Positions 1-11,439 of a DNA stretch of 64,000 nt are shown piece by piece (positions within the stretch are counted from its first letter, which is position 1; the number at the start of each line of letters is the position of its first letter). The stretch is from Neophaeotheca triangularis (lineage: Eukaryota), in NCBI GenBank assembly GCA_054600435.1, contig BAAIJX010000025.1, forward strand, positions 1-64,000, in the 5' to 3' direction. The position numbers were made by a program, and so were the translations under genes. The notes beneath the pieces were generated by a model, which worked only from the letters and a program-made list of their open reading frames with translations, was not told the origin of the DNA and made no database searches.

Positions 1-3
1 GCG

Positions 4-81
<78 letters not shown>
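4..81. repeat. Poly-C homopolymer (78 nt) at the window edge
   Basis: Uninterrupted C run at 4-81; probably a contig-end or sequencing artefact. Confidence 0.9.
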
Positions 82-83
<2 letters not shown>

Positions 84-906
84 ACCGGGTAGAGCCCGTC
101 TCTTTCACTTTGCACTGCCCGAGGCACGCGACCAGCATGAAACCTTCGAAAAACGTTTCACGGACGACCGAAGGCGCGCTCGGGGATCCTAGAATAATCG
201 CCAGACCGACTCTTTCTTATGAGCATGGCTGGGAGAAGGTCGAGGGCCAGCAGTCACTGGTCCTCGGTGAAGATGGGAGCACCAGTAGCCGCTCATGTCG
301 GCGCCTCTAATGAAACCTGTCGACGTTACCGCCGGACATTGTTTTGTGGAGTCGCTTGTTCATTTCTGCAGGAACCAGTCCATGACGCGTGAGGTTGATG
401 TTGTTCTTCGCGCGCGGGAAGACGTGGTTGGCGAGCGCTTAATATCGGTGCACGTGCCATTGCCTCGTGGAGAATCTCCATTGGCTAATAAAGGTAGGAG
501 GTATTGAAGCGAGCTGCATTAACAGTCATAGGTGCATTGCATAGCATTTTACTTTGTTGTGCAAAAGATCAAATATTCCACGCTCAAGAGTTTCAGAAGC
601 GTGCAGACTCTATGAGTCACCTAGAGGGCAAAGAGATCTTGTGACTACCCAAATATGCTACGGAACCAAAGAGAGTGCATTAAGAATGGCAATAATCGCC
701 TAACAGGACGCCCATGCTCGTCATATCCTTGGCCCCATCTCTCATCAAGCACCTCAGCAAGCTCAGCGCCGCCCCAGGGAATTAAGCTGTGAAAGCATTC
801 ATCAGACATCGTGAAGTGCAATAAGAGAATTTCAATCTGTCAAATCAGCAGAGAGCCACGCACGTTCCATGCCTATCCGATATTCGTCGCTCGAGTCCGT
901 TGCTTG

Positions 907-1635
907 CTACAGGGTAGTCGTCGTTGTGATCGAGGCCACTGCACTGCTGGGCACAGGCTGGACTGGCGTCTTCGTCGGGGCTGGCAGCGACGAGGATGAG
1001 GTGACCTTGCACGGCGGTGCAGTGAACGAAGGCCACGTGAAGCCCGTGCAAGCCGGGAAGCAGCCACCGTACCACTGACCGCAGTCGTTGATGTAGTCAG
1101 CACAAATGGTCTCGGTACACGTAGAAGTCGCGGTGGATGTGGAGGAAGGGCATGGCGGCTCCTCGAAGATTGGGACCGGGTCGCCGGCGCAGTATGGCTC
1201 ACAGCCACCATAGAGTAAACCGCAGTCGTTGATGAAATCGAAGCACACGACTGGGCAGGTTGGCGGCGGGGGGTTAACGGGTATCGTGGTTGACAGGCAG
1301 GTTGGCGACGGGGGGTTGACGGGTATCGTGGTTGACGGACATGGCGGAACGGGAAAAGTTGGAAGCGGATCGCCGTCGCAGTGTGGTACGCATTCGCCAT
1401 ACCAAATACCGCAGTCGTTCGCGCTGTCAATGCAGAGCGTCGGGCATTCTGGCGTCGGTGTCGCTCCGTAGTTTAGTGAAGAGGTAAGTGTTCCTCTCGG
1501 GTAGCCATGGTCGTGGTGAGGCCATTGTCTGTTGGCCCATCGGTTGCCGCGATTACGTCCTTTCCCTGACCCTCGCCTGTCAGCGGCTGCGAGGGAGCAG
1601 GCTGCACCTAACGCGAAGATAGTGAATAGATGCAT
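907..1635 (-). CDS. Secreted Cys/Pro/Thr-rich protein with three Cys-rich repeats
   Basis: Signal peptide MHLFTIFALGAACSLAAA; three copies of C-x3/4-C-x-D-x2-NDCG-x2-YG-x-C-x-P-x-C...PPC; Ser/Thr-rich tail. Confidence 0.8.
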   Translation of the reverse strand: MHLFTIFALGAACSLAAADRRGSGKGRNRGNRWANRQWPHHDHGYPRGTLTSSLNYGATPTPECPTLCIDSANDCGIWYGECVPHCDGDPLPTFPVPPCPSTTIPVNPPSPTCLSTTIPVNPPPPTCPVVCFDFINDCGLLYGGCEPYCAGDPVPIFEEPPCPSSTSTATSTCTETICADYINDCGQWYGGCFPACTGFTWPSFTAPPCKVTSSSSLPAPTKTPVQPVPSSAVASITTTTTL

Positions 1636-2562
1636 GGTGCAGTTGGTTTGAAATCGATGTAAGTGCTATAGAGAGATCAGAAGGGCTGAGCTGAGCTCTT
1701 GCAAGCACGACAGACCAGGCTCCTTTGATTTCTTTTATACCATGAGTATTACCCCTACCTGAAATAGCAGTATTGATATCGCCTGACCATCGGGCGACAT
1801 ATACGAGCTTTGAAAGCCTTCCACGTCGCGCATGGCTGGGTGGTCGGGATAGAATACGATGTTACCGCCAAGCTTGAGCTGAGCAATGCAACCTAGATAC
1901 ATAGAGACGGATGGTGGAAGGTCAGGCCACCCTTCCGTAGTCGGTCGTGTCGCTACCGTGCCCGTGGGGCGCCGCCTCGAGTGATTTCCTGGTATAATCC
2001 TCCAATATCGTCGATCTTGGAGTCCCGTGGGTGACGCTACCACGATAGCCAAGGTACCTTACCCCGGCAAGACCATGGTCTTCCTGACCTTCACAGCAGA
2101 TGTCACGGTTGGGCGGAGACTTGTTCGCCTGAATTCTACCATCTGGGAAAGGTCGTGTGCTGCCTCAGCTTCAAGAGCCATTCGTGGTGGCTTGTGGCTG
2201 GCGAAGCTTGTCGTACAAAGCGCTCGGGGCTCGTCGTGCATACCAATTGAAAATGCACTCGGACGACCTCGAGACGACACGCAGACAAAAGGAAGCAGTG
2301 GATTTGCGTGCAGCTGTTTAGCGACGGTCATTGCGTAAAGAGTGTCTTTGTTCAAGGTGCCAGAGACATGATGAGATAGGTCAGGGTCAGAGAGGTTCGT
2401 CAGACCTCTTTCAGGTCGAAGGCGGGCAGCTCCCGTCGTGCCCCAAGCATCCATCATTGACGACGTCATTGTTTGGTGCTTGAATGAGGTGTAATTGTTG
2501 CGATATAACACGGCAGCAGCTGTTGTCTTGTTATTATTAATAGGCAGTCTCCTATCCTCGAC

Positions 2563-3180
2563 ATGTTCTCCATCAGCAAGATCATACCTTCCATCCCGTT
2601 ACTCCTGTCGCTATTCTGTCTGTCCATCACAGTCACACTAGCCTCAGATCATCAAGCTCTCCACCACAAGCACGCCCACGCCCAGCAACAACCTCTAGAC
2701 GCCACTACCACCATGTCCAAATCACTCAATGGTATGTCCGCGGCATCACTCAGCACGGCATGATGTCCGAATCCATATTTGACGTATATCTGACCTTACT
2801 CTTACTCTACCTCAACAGTCTTCAAGAAGCCTTTGGCGCTCCACTCGACTCAACCCATGACCGGCTTCATGCGCAACGGCTACTGCGAGGTGCCCGAATC
2901 CGATTACGGCAACCACGCCATAGCCGCCGAAGTCACAGAGGAGTTCCTAAACTTCAGCGCCTCCAAGGGCAACGACCTGCGACCCATCCCAGGCATGAAG
3001 GGCGGGTGCAAGTGGTGCCTCTGCGCTTCGAGGTGGAGGGAGGCTTTCGACGCGAGAGGCAGTGAGAAAGATGGTGACAAGATTGTGCCCAAGATCTTCT
3101 TGAATGCCACCAACGAGAAGGCTTTGGGCAAGATTTCGTTGGATGAGTTGAAGATGTTTGCCGCGGATAAGGAGCAGTAG
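2563..3180 (+). CDS. DUF2237-family protein (2 exons; intron 2732-2818)
   Basis: Splicing GTATGT...CAACAG gives MSKSLNVFKKPLALHSTQPMTGFMRNGYC...NH...EEFLNFSASKGNDL...KWCLCASRWREA, the DUF2237 pattern; alternative in-frame ATG at 2713. Confidence 0.85.
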
Positions 3181-3580
3181 GGTTGCATCGGGAAGGAGGA
3201 TCGACGGCCATACATGGGATGCTTCTAGCACACTTACGAATTATTTCAATGCCACTTTCAGTCTTCTCCGGGCGCAGACTGGCTGAATCAAATCTCTATG
3301 GGATTGCTGCTACGCATGGGGCCCACGGAAACCACTACACCGTCTGATATATTAGCGAGCTCGGCATACTGGAGCTGGAAACCCTCTGCGACTTGATTTA
3401 ACCTCTCACCAATAACTGCTCTTATCGCTACTTTGGATTCAGTATCGTATGATTCGAGGCTTCTGTCTGGCCTTGCAGTGTCGGTTCTCGAACAGCACAC
3501 AAAACGCTTTCGGTGGGTCCGAGCCGTTGGTAGAGATTTGAAAAATCATATGTGCCAAACGCAACAATCGTCTTCATCAT

Positions 3581-3652
3581 GGTTGCATAGTTTAGTGGTT
3601 ATGACGCCAGATTCTGATTCTGGAGACCCTGGTTCAATTCCGGGTGCGACCT
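3581..3652 (+). tRNA. tRNA-Gln(CTG)
   Basis: Acceptor GGTTGCA/TGCGACC, anticodon arm CCAGA-TTCTGAT-TCTGG, T-loop GGTTCAATTCC, downstream T-run (Pol III terminator). Confidence 0.95.
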
Positions 3653-4327
3653 TTGTTTTTTGTCCTTTTGGCGTCCATATATATCATGTTCCTTTTATTC
3701 TGTTCTCACATTATTGAACGTTTTCGGGATTTCTTTTTGCTCCCGAGCCATGAGCGTCCCGAGGTGGGCATTCTGCCCGGCTTTTCTAGCTGCTTTGTCA
3801 GCCCTGGACTCCACCTCCATTGCATTTTGCTTCAGCAAGCCAACCTTACTACGTACGGTCTTACGTTCGTCCCTCTGCACCAATTCACCACGTAGCTTCG
3901 GAGCCGTTTCCGGTGTATCTATCTCAAATGTCGCGCATCAAGCATGTCGACGCAGCTCAATAGCTCTCCAATTGTTGTCGATCGTTGCCCATGAAAGGTT
4001 TTGCAGTCAGAAGCCCTCCGATAGACGCCGCTGCAGGTCTGGAGACCATTGTTTGCATCGAGGTTACAGGAGCAATCGTACCGACAACCATGTTCTGGAA
4101 GGTACGCAAGTAAGGTATCACCAGTCGGTAGATTTCATGACCTCTTCATTGATTGGCGTTTTGATATGACCCTCGCTGTTAATAGACTTTTGGCCAGAAC
4201 ACGCTCACATCTCCTATCTCAATGAATTCAACTTGGAAACCACGTTCAATATACAATTAGAATTCCCCGCCCAGTCAGAGCTCAAGAGTCTACCCTCAAT
4301 TCCTACTGCAATCACACAGACCTTATC

Positions 4328-4769
4328 ATGTCCAGTTCTCCAGACAAGTATCTATACTCCACCCCCCGCGACTCCAAAGAATTGCAACGTCTAAACAGCC
4401 AACACGCCATCATGCTCATAGATAACGTTTCTCCTGGTTTGCTGCCGACGTTGCAGTGGACTGTCGGGTTTGAGGCTTTTTCGGAGCTGTTTGCTACTGA
4501 TCGTGATCCTAGTGTCAGGGAGAGGGGGAGTATACGGAGATTGCCAAGGAGGCTGCGGAGAGTATTTTGCGTGGTATGGTTAGTTCGAAGGAGAGGAAGG
4601 AGGCTGGGTGGACGGATGACGAGTTTGAGAAGGTGGTCAAGGAGGCTGAGGAGGAGTGTAAAACCAGGGCAAATTTCAGCTTAGGGTCGATTTGCACATT
4701 GTTTTGGGCTACAATTGAAGAAGTACGTGTATACCCTGTAGTCATATCTTCTCGTTTCTACTTCACAAC
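4328..4769 (+). pseudogene. Possible internally deleted remnant of a LaeA-like SAM methyltransferase
   Basis: N-terminus YLYSTPRDSKELQRLNSQH resembles the ExxRLxxQH motif; a C-terminal-like segment (GWTDDEFEKVVKEAEEEC) follows an intron-like 3' end; no SAM-binding core between them. Confidence 0.3.
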
Positions 4770-7700
4770 TCATGCACCGCCACGTCCGCCGACCTTATTG
4801 AGCGCAGTCTTTTGAGCCTCGGACATCTGAATCTTCGGCAGTGCCGCTGCACCCTTCCCATCCGGCGCAGGCATGAAGCCACGCTGGACCAGGAAAGAGA
4901 GATAGCTGCCAACCGTGTCAACCGTAACTCCACTGCCTCTAGAGACGTCCTCTCCAGTCCTCCTCTTGTCCGCCAACAGCACTCTCGACGAGTGTCTATC
5001 ATCCAGCACCAGTGACTTGGTTGCAGCAGGCAAATCACCAATCACCATGTTGTAAAGACCGAGAAGCGCAAGCTGTTCCTTGTCCTTACCACCCTCGCCC
5101 TCAACGTAATCGATAACCTTGGCCTTCCAGCTCTCGTACGGCTCTTGAGGGCAAGCGTAGTTGTACTTTTCAAGCGAGCTGAGGTACTTGTTAAAGGTAA
5201 GGCGAGGGTGAGCGTCAACGTGAGAGACAATCGGCTCTTCCTCGACCGAATCCTTGTCGGCTGCTGGTCTGTTGTAGAAAGTGCTCGCGTTGACCAGCCG
5301 AGCAACGTGCGATACGGGAACCATGTTGATGCTGCTCTTGCCTAGATCTGGGCGCGAACCGATCTGCAAACAGCCTTTGAGCATTCTCACGAGGAAGTCG
5401 TCGGTGTTGCTTACGCCGGTCTTCTGGTCGCCCATCACATAGCCGGAGCGGATGACTCTACCGTCTAGACCGCGTTGGACGGCTTCCATGATGAGTTTCT
5501 CCGAAACCCACTTTGATTGGCCGTAGCCGGAACCCAGACCTTGTCGGGCTCGGTCGAGACCATCGAGCTCAGAAATTGGGGTGCGTCCGAGCTCCCATTG
5601 TCGAAGGTACTCGTCGTTGTCCAGGGCGCTGGTAGACGAGACAAAAGCAAGACGCTTGGGGCGGGTCGAAGAGTTGCACAGCTTGATGCACTCGAGAGTG
5701 CTGACCACGTTTCCAGCCTTTAGGTCCTCATAGGGCAGAATCCAGTGCACTCTTGCGCCGTTGTGGACAATGTGGTCGGCACCATCCTCCACCTTCTTCA
5801 AGTCTTCGTCGCTCATGCCCAAATTTGGCTTGGCAAGATCGCCAATGACCACTTCGAGGTTGCCCTCAGTCTCCCACCAATCCTGCCAGAGACCGTAGGC
5901 GGTGCATGTCTGCCGAATGCGGTCCATACCCTCCTTGTGAGACTTTGCACGAACGTGTGCGTAGACGTGCGAGGGAGCCTTGGTATTGAGTGCGTCAGCC
6001 ACGACGTATGCTCCGAGAAAGCCTGTCGCTCCGGTGAGCAGTATGTTTCGGCCTTCGACGTCAGTAGGAGTGGTAGCAGTCTGTATCTTCTTGGGCAACT
6101 CGTTGATCAGATTCTGGAGGTCGTTGGAGTAATGCACAGGCTGCTCCTCTGGCTCCTCGGCGTCTTGTGTCACGGTATCGAGGCGCATGTCAACGGGGTT
6201 AATGCTGCGGTCGATTTCCCTCGCAACCTTTTTCAGCGTAGGCTGCCGGCTCATGACTGACGTCGCCAACTGAACGTCCCACTTCCTCTTGATCTTTGGC
6301 AGGATCTGGACTGTCATGATAGAGTCTCCTCCCAGGTCAAAGAAGGACGTGTCTCTCGACAGAGAGTCGGGGTCTTTGTTCGGGAGGTATTGCGACCAGA
6401 TCTCGGCAAGCTCTTGCTCAGTCTTCGTCCGAGATTCCAAGTCAGTGGCCTTGGGTGCAGCTCCTACCAGATCAGCTTGCTCCGGGAATGGAAGAACTCG
6501 CTTGTCGACCTTGCCGTTGGGGTTCAAAGGAAGCCTGAACATTGGTATGAAGAGCGTAGGTACGGCATACTGTGGCAGTTTCTGTTTCAGTGCTTCCCTT
6601 GCACTGTTGGTCAACAGCTCGAACATGTTGATTCTGGCCGCGATGTCGGTCTCCGGCTCGCCGTGGATAGACACCTTGCGACCCTGTCTCTGCTCCGCCG
6701 CCCAGGCGTAGAATCTCTCCTGGTCTGGGACGTAGTAAGAGACGAGAATCTGCTCTTCGTTGTGGTTTCGCTTGACCAGTGTGACATTCTCCCGGATCAA
6801 GGGGTGCTTCGACAGGTGCGTGTCGATCTCCCCAAGCTCAATTCGAAAACCGCGAATCTTGACTTGGTCATCTGCGCGACCCACGCACACGACGTTGCCA
6901 TCCGGCAAATAGCGCCCCAGATCGCCGGAGCGGTACATGCGGTCTCTAGGACCAAGATAGCAATCTCTCCACGCCTCAATCTTGCTTTCAGCTGAGACCT
7001 TTTGCTTGTCTGCTTCCACCCATTTTGTCTGGTCAGAAAACCAGTTTTTAACAAATTTGGTATTCGTAAGGTCGGTCAGGTCGTCTCCCAAGTAGCCTTC
7101 GGCCAAACCACCAGCTCTAACGTAAATTTCGCCAATCTCCCCAACCTCACACTGGTGCTCTTTCTTCTCGCGATCAACAACGAGTAGTTGAACATCCTTC
7201 ATACCCTTTCCAGCTGGGATGACATCGCCCATTTGGTCGAGGTACTGCGCATCCTCGTTCAGGCTGGGAATCTCGTAAAATGAGACGGCGCGCTGTGTTT
7301 CCGTGGTACCGTACATGTTCTTGATTCTGCAGTTTGGTGCCAGTTGCTGGAGACGACGACAGTCACGCTTAAGCAGCACGTCTCCCACGAAGAAGGCGGC
7401 ATGCAGGCTCTCAACCTTGGGATTCTCGCTACCGAGCAAGATTTGACCCATGGCTGGCGTAAGATGGGTTACGGAAATCTTGTTGTCGCTTGCCCACTTT
7501 GCAAGTCTGTCGAAAGTGATATCCTCGGCTGGGGGGACGATAAGCGATGCACCCAGGTAAAGAGGGGTGAATATGTCTCGTTGGATTGGATCGTGAGCAA
7601 TGCCCGACAGCATGCTGAAGCGCTCGTTTTCGGTCAAGTTGAAGCGCTGAGACATCCACGGGAAGTAGTACGCCAAACTGAAATGCCGTCCTTTCACGCC

Positions 7701-8360
7701 CTTGGGTTTGCCCTCTGATCCGGAGGTAAAAGAGAGCGTAGGGGTACTGTCTGGCCCTACGACAACAGGTGGCAGCTGTGCCTTCTTCGTCATTGCTTCG
7801 CTCAATATGTCACTGCCATAGGCGTCACCGCCTTTCAAGGTGCCGTCATTTTCTAATTTGAGCGCGGGTACCTCTGTCCTCAAAGACAGGTTGTTGGAAA
7901 TGTAGTCCCGGACAACTGCATCCAAAGGTCCAGCCTCTTGCGTAGCTTTCTCAATCACGACCAGTGCCCTTGGTTTTGCGACGTCTAGGTAGATGGTTTG
8001 GCGGTCCGGGGGGTATTGAGGGTCAATGACACTGAATGTTGCGCCAGCTTTCAACACACCCATAACGGCCACCACCAAATCTACACCTCGATGGGCGTAC
8101 ACCATGACGACCTCGCCCCTTTGGATGCCACTGCCTACCAAATGATGAGCGAGGGTATTGGACGCCTCATTGATGTGGGCGTAGCTGAACACTCGTTCCG
8201 GAGTGTTGCTTGAGGCCGTCTCCACTACACAAGTTCTTTCGGGGTGCTTTTTGGCGTTGGCTGCGAAAATCTCGTGTATGGCTCCGATGTACCCAGACCA
8301 GTTGAGGTCCGAAGTTGGGTTGGGCCGCACATCTTGGGCACTCGCAATTGAAGTGGCCAT
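4770..8360 (-). CDS. LYS2: L-2-aminoadipate reductase (A-T-R domains), 1196 aa
   Basis: FTSGSEGKPKG, YGTTETQR, YRSGDLGRY, QVKIRGFRIELGEI adenylation motifs; carrier FFDLGGDS; reductase LLTGATGFLG and GYGQSKWVSE. Confidence 0.97.
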   Translation of the reverse strand: MATSIASAQDVRPNPTSDLNWSGYIGAIHEIFAANAKKHPERTCVVETASSNTPERVFSYAHINEASNTLAHHLVGSGIQRGEVVMVYAHRGVDLVVAVMGVLKAGATFSVIDPQYPPDRQTIYLDVAKPRALVVIEKATQEAGPLDAVVRDYISNNLSLRTEVPALKLENDGTLKGGDAYGSDILSEAMTKKAQLPPVVVGPDSTPTLSFTSGSEGKPKGVKGRHFSLAYYFPWMSQRFNLTENERFSMLSGIAHDPIQRDIFTPLYLGASLIVPPAEDITFDRLAKWASDNKISVTHLTPAMGQILLGSENPKVESLHAAFFVGDVLLKRDCRRLQQLAPNCRIKNMYGTTETQRAVSFYEIPSLNEDAQYLDQMGDVIPAGKGMKDVQLLVVDREKKEHQCEVGEIGEIYVRAGGLAEGYLGDDLTDLTNTKFVKNWFSDQTKWVEADKQKVSAESKIEAWRDCYLGPRDRMYRSGDLGRYLPDGNVVCVGRADDQVKIRGFRIELGEIDTHLSKHPLIRENVTLVKRNHNEEQILVSYYVPDQERFYAWAAEQRQGRKVSIHGEPETDIAARINMFELLTNSAREALKQKLPQYAVPTLFIPMFRLPLNPNGKVDKRVLPFPEQADLVGAAPKATDLESRTKTEQELAEIWSQYLPNKDPDSLSRDTSFFDLGGDSIMTVQILPKIKRKWDVQLATSVMSRQPTLKKVAREIDRSINPVDMRLDTVTQDAEEPEEQPVHYSNDLQNLINELPKKIQTATTPTDVEGRNILLTGATGFLGAYVVADALNTKAPSHVYAHVRAKSHKEGMDRIRQTCTAYGLWQDWWETEGNLEVVIGDLAKPNLGMSDEDLKKVEDGADHIVHNGARVHWILPYEDLKAGNVVSTLECIKLCNSSTRPKRLAFVSSTSALDNDEYLRQWELGRTPISELDGLDRARQGLGSGYGQSKWVSEKLIMEAVQRGLDGRVIRSGYVMGDQKTGVSNTDDFLVRMLKGCLQIGSRPDLGKSSINMVPVSHVARLVNASTFYNRPAADKDSVEEEPIVSHVDAHPRLTFNKYLSSLEKYNYACPQEPYESWKAKVIDYVEGEGGKDKEQLALLGLYNMVIGDLPAATKSLVLDDRHSSRVLLADKRRTGEDVSRGSGVTVDTVGSYLSFLVQRGFMPAPDGKGAAALPKIQMSEAQKTALNKVGGRGGA

Positions 8361-8931
8361 ATTGGCAGCCGATCTCCAATTTGGATCGAAGCGTGTCCAG
8401 TCAAAGGAGCCTCACTGCAAGAGTACCCAGCTGTGTCCTCTTGTAAAGGCCTCGCAAACAGGAAATTAACCACTGGGCAAAAAGCCGGCTCGCAATGGGT
8501 CCGAATTGGGGCAGAGCTTCAGCGGATGATCGCCTCGTCAGTTGTCTTCAATCCTTAAACTCTTCGTAAGTTGAGTAAGATATTCAATTATCAGAACCAG
8601 GGATGGGTGAGTTCACTCATATGCCACCACTTCATGTAACTGCGCAGGTGCCATTAATGGTGGTGACTTTAGTAAGGTACCTAGCCGGCAAAATTCCACA
8701 GTGAATCCGTTCCGACTTCGGACGACCGAGCCATTGCTTGGCATATATAGACCGCATCACGTTCAACTGCAGTAGCCAAGTAGAGCACACACATGCAACA
8801 TGCAAGTCAAGCCTTGTTACGACTGCTTACTCACCTGAAGGTATGCTTGATTGCTTCTTGCTCCTTACCCCTGCCGTTGTTAAGACGAGCCTGCCGCTTC
8901 ACTAGTATGGGATGCACCGCAAGACGGCATC

Positions 8932-10758
8932 ATGCCGACCACAGCCCATGGCCGTCGAGCTGAGAAGAAGGCTCCAAAGGGGTTACCGGTGCAGGGCATG
9001 CCACTTGAGCAGGATGAGGCTCCTACGGCTGCAAATAGGCCTGACGCTACCGAGCTTCGACGTATTCGGGCTGCATACTTTGGCCGGCCTTTAGCGGAGC
9101 GTCAGAAGGTCGTGAAGCCAGTCCTCGCCACCAAAGCCGAGAGTACAGCCAGTAGCAAGTCGCATCGTGAGCAAAAGCGAAAATGTAAACACACGAGCCA
9201 TTCCAGATCCGACAAGTCGGCCAGTACATCGAGACGCAGCCCCCAAGACCAGGGAAGCTATGTATATGGGCATGGTCCTCACCAAGATCCTCGGCGCCAA
9301 CACTCGAAACCTTCACGACATCGACAAGACGGCGGACAAATGCGTGGTTATGCTCCGTCCCAGTCGAGCCCCCCTCCCCAGTCTGATCAGGTCCGCAGTG
9401 CGGCTGGGCAGGTCGCTACTGCTAGAACGCACCCGGCTTTGCAAGGGAGTCGCACCACATCAAGTCGACTTGCTCATGTCAAGGAGGACAAGGATGGCGA
9501 ACGATACCAAGCGCATGCGGCATCGCGTACGAAGCGTCACTCCACGCTCCTAGGATCAATCTTCCGCCGAAGTTCTGCTACCAACGTGCCTACACAGCCG
9601 AAATTGGTGGAATGCCTGACTTGCGGGTCTGATGATGTTCCGTCAGCCAAGTCAGCCAAGCTCCATTGCGGTCATCGAATGTGCCACGAATGTTTAAAGC
9701 GTGTCTTCAACATGTCCGTCACGGATCCAGCGCACATGCCTCCGAAATGTTGCACTGACGAACACATTCCCTTGAAGTATGTTGACAAGCTGTTCAGCGA
9801 CCGGTTCAAGAGGCAATGGAACGAGCGCTATCAGGAATACAACACCAAGAATCGCATCTATTGCCCGTCTCCAAAGTGCGGAAATTGGATTAAGCCCTCT
9901 CACTTGCACACCTCCATGGGAAGAAAGTACGCACTCTGCCCAAAGTGCAAGACCAAGGTGTGCGCGCATTGCAATATGAAGATGCACAGGTCGCTTGATT
10001 GCCCGCAGGACCCAGATATTCAGAAGTTGGAGCAGCAAGCCAAGGACGAGGGGTGGCAACGCTGTTACAATTGCAGTGCCTTAGTCGAGTTGAAAGAAGG
10101 GTGTAACCATATGACTTGCCGCTGCACGGCAGAGTTTTGTATCAAATGCGCAAGTAAGTGGAAGAGTTGCGATTGCCCCTGGTTCAACTATACGCAAATC
10201 CCGCACCCCGACCGTCTCGACGGCTTAAGAGTGACAGAGCCAATCCAGGTAATTTATCGAAGAGTTTTCGCCGCAGCCCGGCAAGGAGCAGGCGATGATG
10301 CAACCGTAGCGCAGGGAGAGGGTCAGCAGCGACCAAGAGCAGGTCCAGCACCTGAGCAAACTTACCAAGAAGAGATGGACGCTCGTCGCGAGCAGGAGCG
10401 TTCGGACGCCGACCTCGCAAGGCGGATGCAGTTCGCCAATTTCGTGGGCGACCGCGAAGGGGACGCCGGAGAGGACTTCCCGACCCATGCTGAAAGAACG
10501 AATAGAGAGACGTGGGGTGTTGGCAACCAAGCGGGCCATTTGCTCAATGAAAACTTCGTGCAGAACGCCGCCGACGTCGTCATGTCTGCTTTTGGTGACG
10601 CAAAGATGGGACGGCGGGGTGAGCGGGCAAGCGGTCGAAGGCGGAGTGCGAGGGAAAGTGGTAATCGCACGGGAGATCCAGGGTTGGTGCCGAACTTCTT
10701 GGGCGATGAGAGCGTGCTTGGCGTGGGACCTTCAAGAAGGGCGCATGGAAGGAATTAA
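8932..10758 (+). CDS. RBR (RING-IBR-RING) E3 ubiquitin ligase
   Basis: RING1 CLTC...CGHRMCHEC, IBR YCPSPKC...CPKC...CAHC...H, RING2 CYNC...EGCNHMTCRC...FCIKC. Confidence 0.92.
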   Translation: MPTTAHGRRAEKKAPKGLPVQGMPLEQDEAPTAANRPDATELRRIRAAYFGRPLAERQKVVKPVLATKAESTASSKSHREQKRKCKHTSHSRSDKSASTSRRSPQDQGSYVYGHGPHQDPRRQHSKPSRHRQDGGQMRGYAPSQSSPPPQSDQVRSAAGQVATARTHPALQGSRTTSSRLAHVKEDKDGERYQAHAASRTKRHSTLLGSIFRRSSATNVPTQPKLVECLTCGSDDVPSAKSAKLHCGHRMCHECLKRVFNMSVTDPAHMPPKCCTDEHIPLKYVDKLFSDRFKRQWNERYQEYNTKNRIYCPSPKCGNWIKPSHLHTSMGRKYALCPKCKTKVCAHCNMKMHRSLDCPQDPDIQKLEQQAKDEGWQRCYNCSALVELKEGCNHMTCRCTAEFCIKCASKWKSCDCPWFNYTQIPHPDRLDGLRVTEPIQVIYRRVFAAARQGAGDDATVAQGEGQQRPRAGPAPEQTYQEEMDARREQERSDADLARRMQFANFVGDREGDAGEDFPTHAERTNRETWGVGNQAGHLLNENFVQNAADVVMSAFGDAKMGRRGERASGRRRSARESGNRTGDPGLVPNFLGDESVLGVGPSRRAHGRN

Positions 10759-11439
10759 GAGGGAAACACGTAACGGCCACTGATCACGAGAAAACGAGTC
10801 ACGAGTGCACGATACGGAGCAATGCCGACAGCATATGAAACCAACCACCCCTCAATGAGACTATAAATCCAAGTCGCGGCTGAGGTCAATAGCTGTGTTT
10901 GTGAGTTTGGCCCAATGGCTGCGGCGTCGGGGAGTAACATCCTTGGCGCTACACCACCATCAGAGACTACATCTCTACAGGTTTAGACGGGCGTTCGAAT
11001 CTTACCAGTAAAGTCAAACGCTGGCCTCTTGAGATTACTCGAGGATTCTCTTACCATTTATACGGAGTTTGCTTCCTTCACTCATAGAGTGGAGTTCCTT
11101 TTTGCTCTTTTCCCTGGGTTGCTCTTTCATAAACTCCTTAGCTTTTTCTTACCAACTGAGATCCTCGCAGCTGTGTTGTTGGTAAACCATTGGCTTTCTT
11201 CTATTTGCCGTGCGTGCCTGGCAGCCCGTCTCTTCGTTCTCGTAATACACCACTACAGGCGACGGCTTCCGAGAAGGCGAGCACCTGGACTCCCGTTACG
11301 CCGCCGCAGAACCACGAATGTCTACACGTGAGCCATTCCACCAAGCTGCATGGCATGCCGAAGCATACATCTACCGGCATTGGGCACGGTCAAAGGCAAA
11401 GTCACTGCCTGTCGGCCGCCTCTTCAAAGAGCCAGCATC

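Noticed and set aside
4..81. Poly-C run as a biological element (G-quadruplex or telomere)
   Set aside because: A pure homopolymer at the sequence edge is most simply a contig-end or poly-G sequencing artefact.
832..909. Stop context TAG CAA GCA (yeast leaky CARNBA) allowing a 24-aa readthrough extension of the Cys-rich protein
   Set aside because: The extension has no recognisable signal (no GPI or PTS1) and the hexamer can arise by chance.
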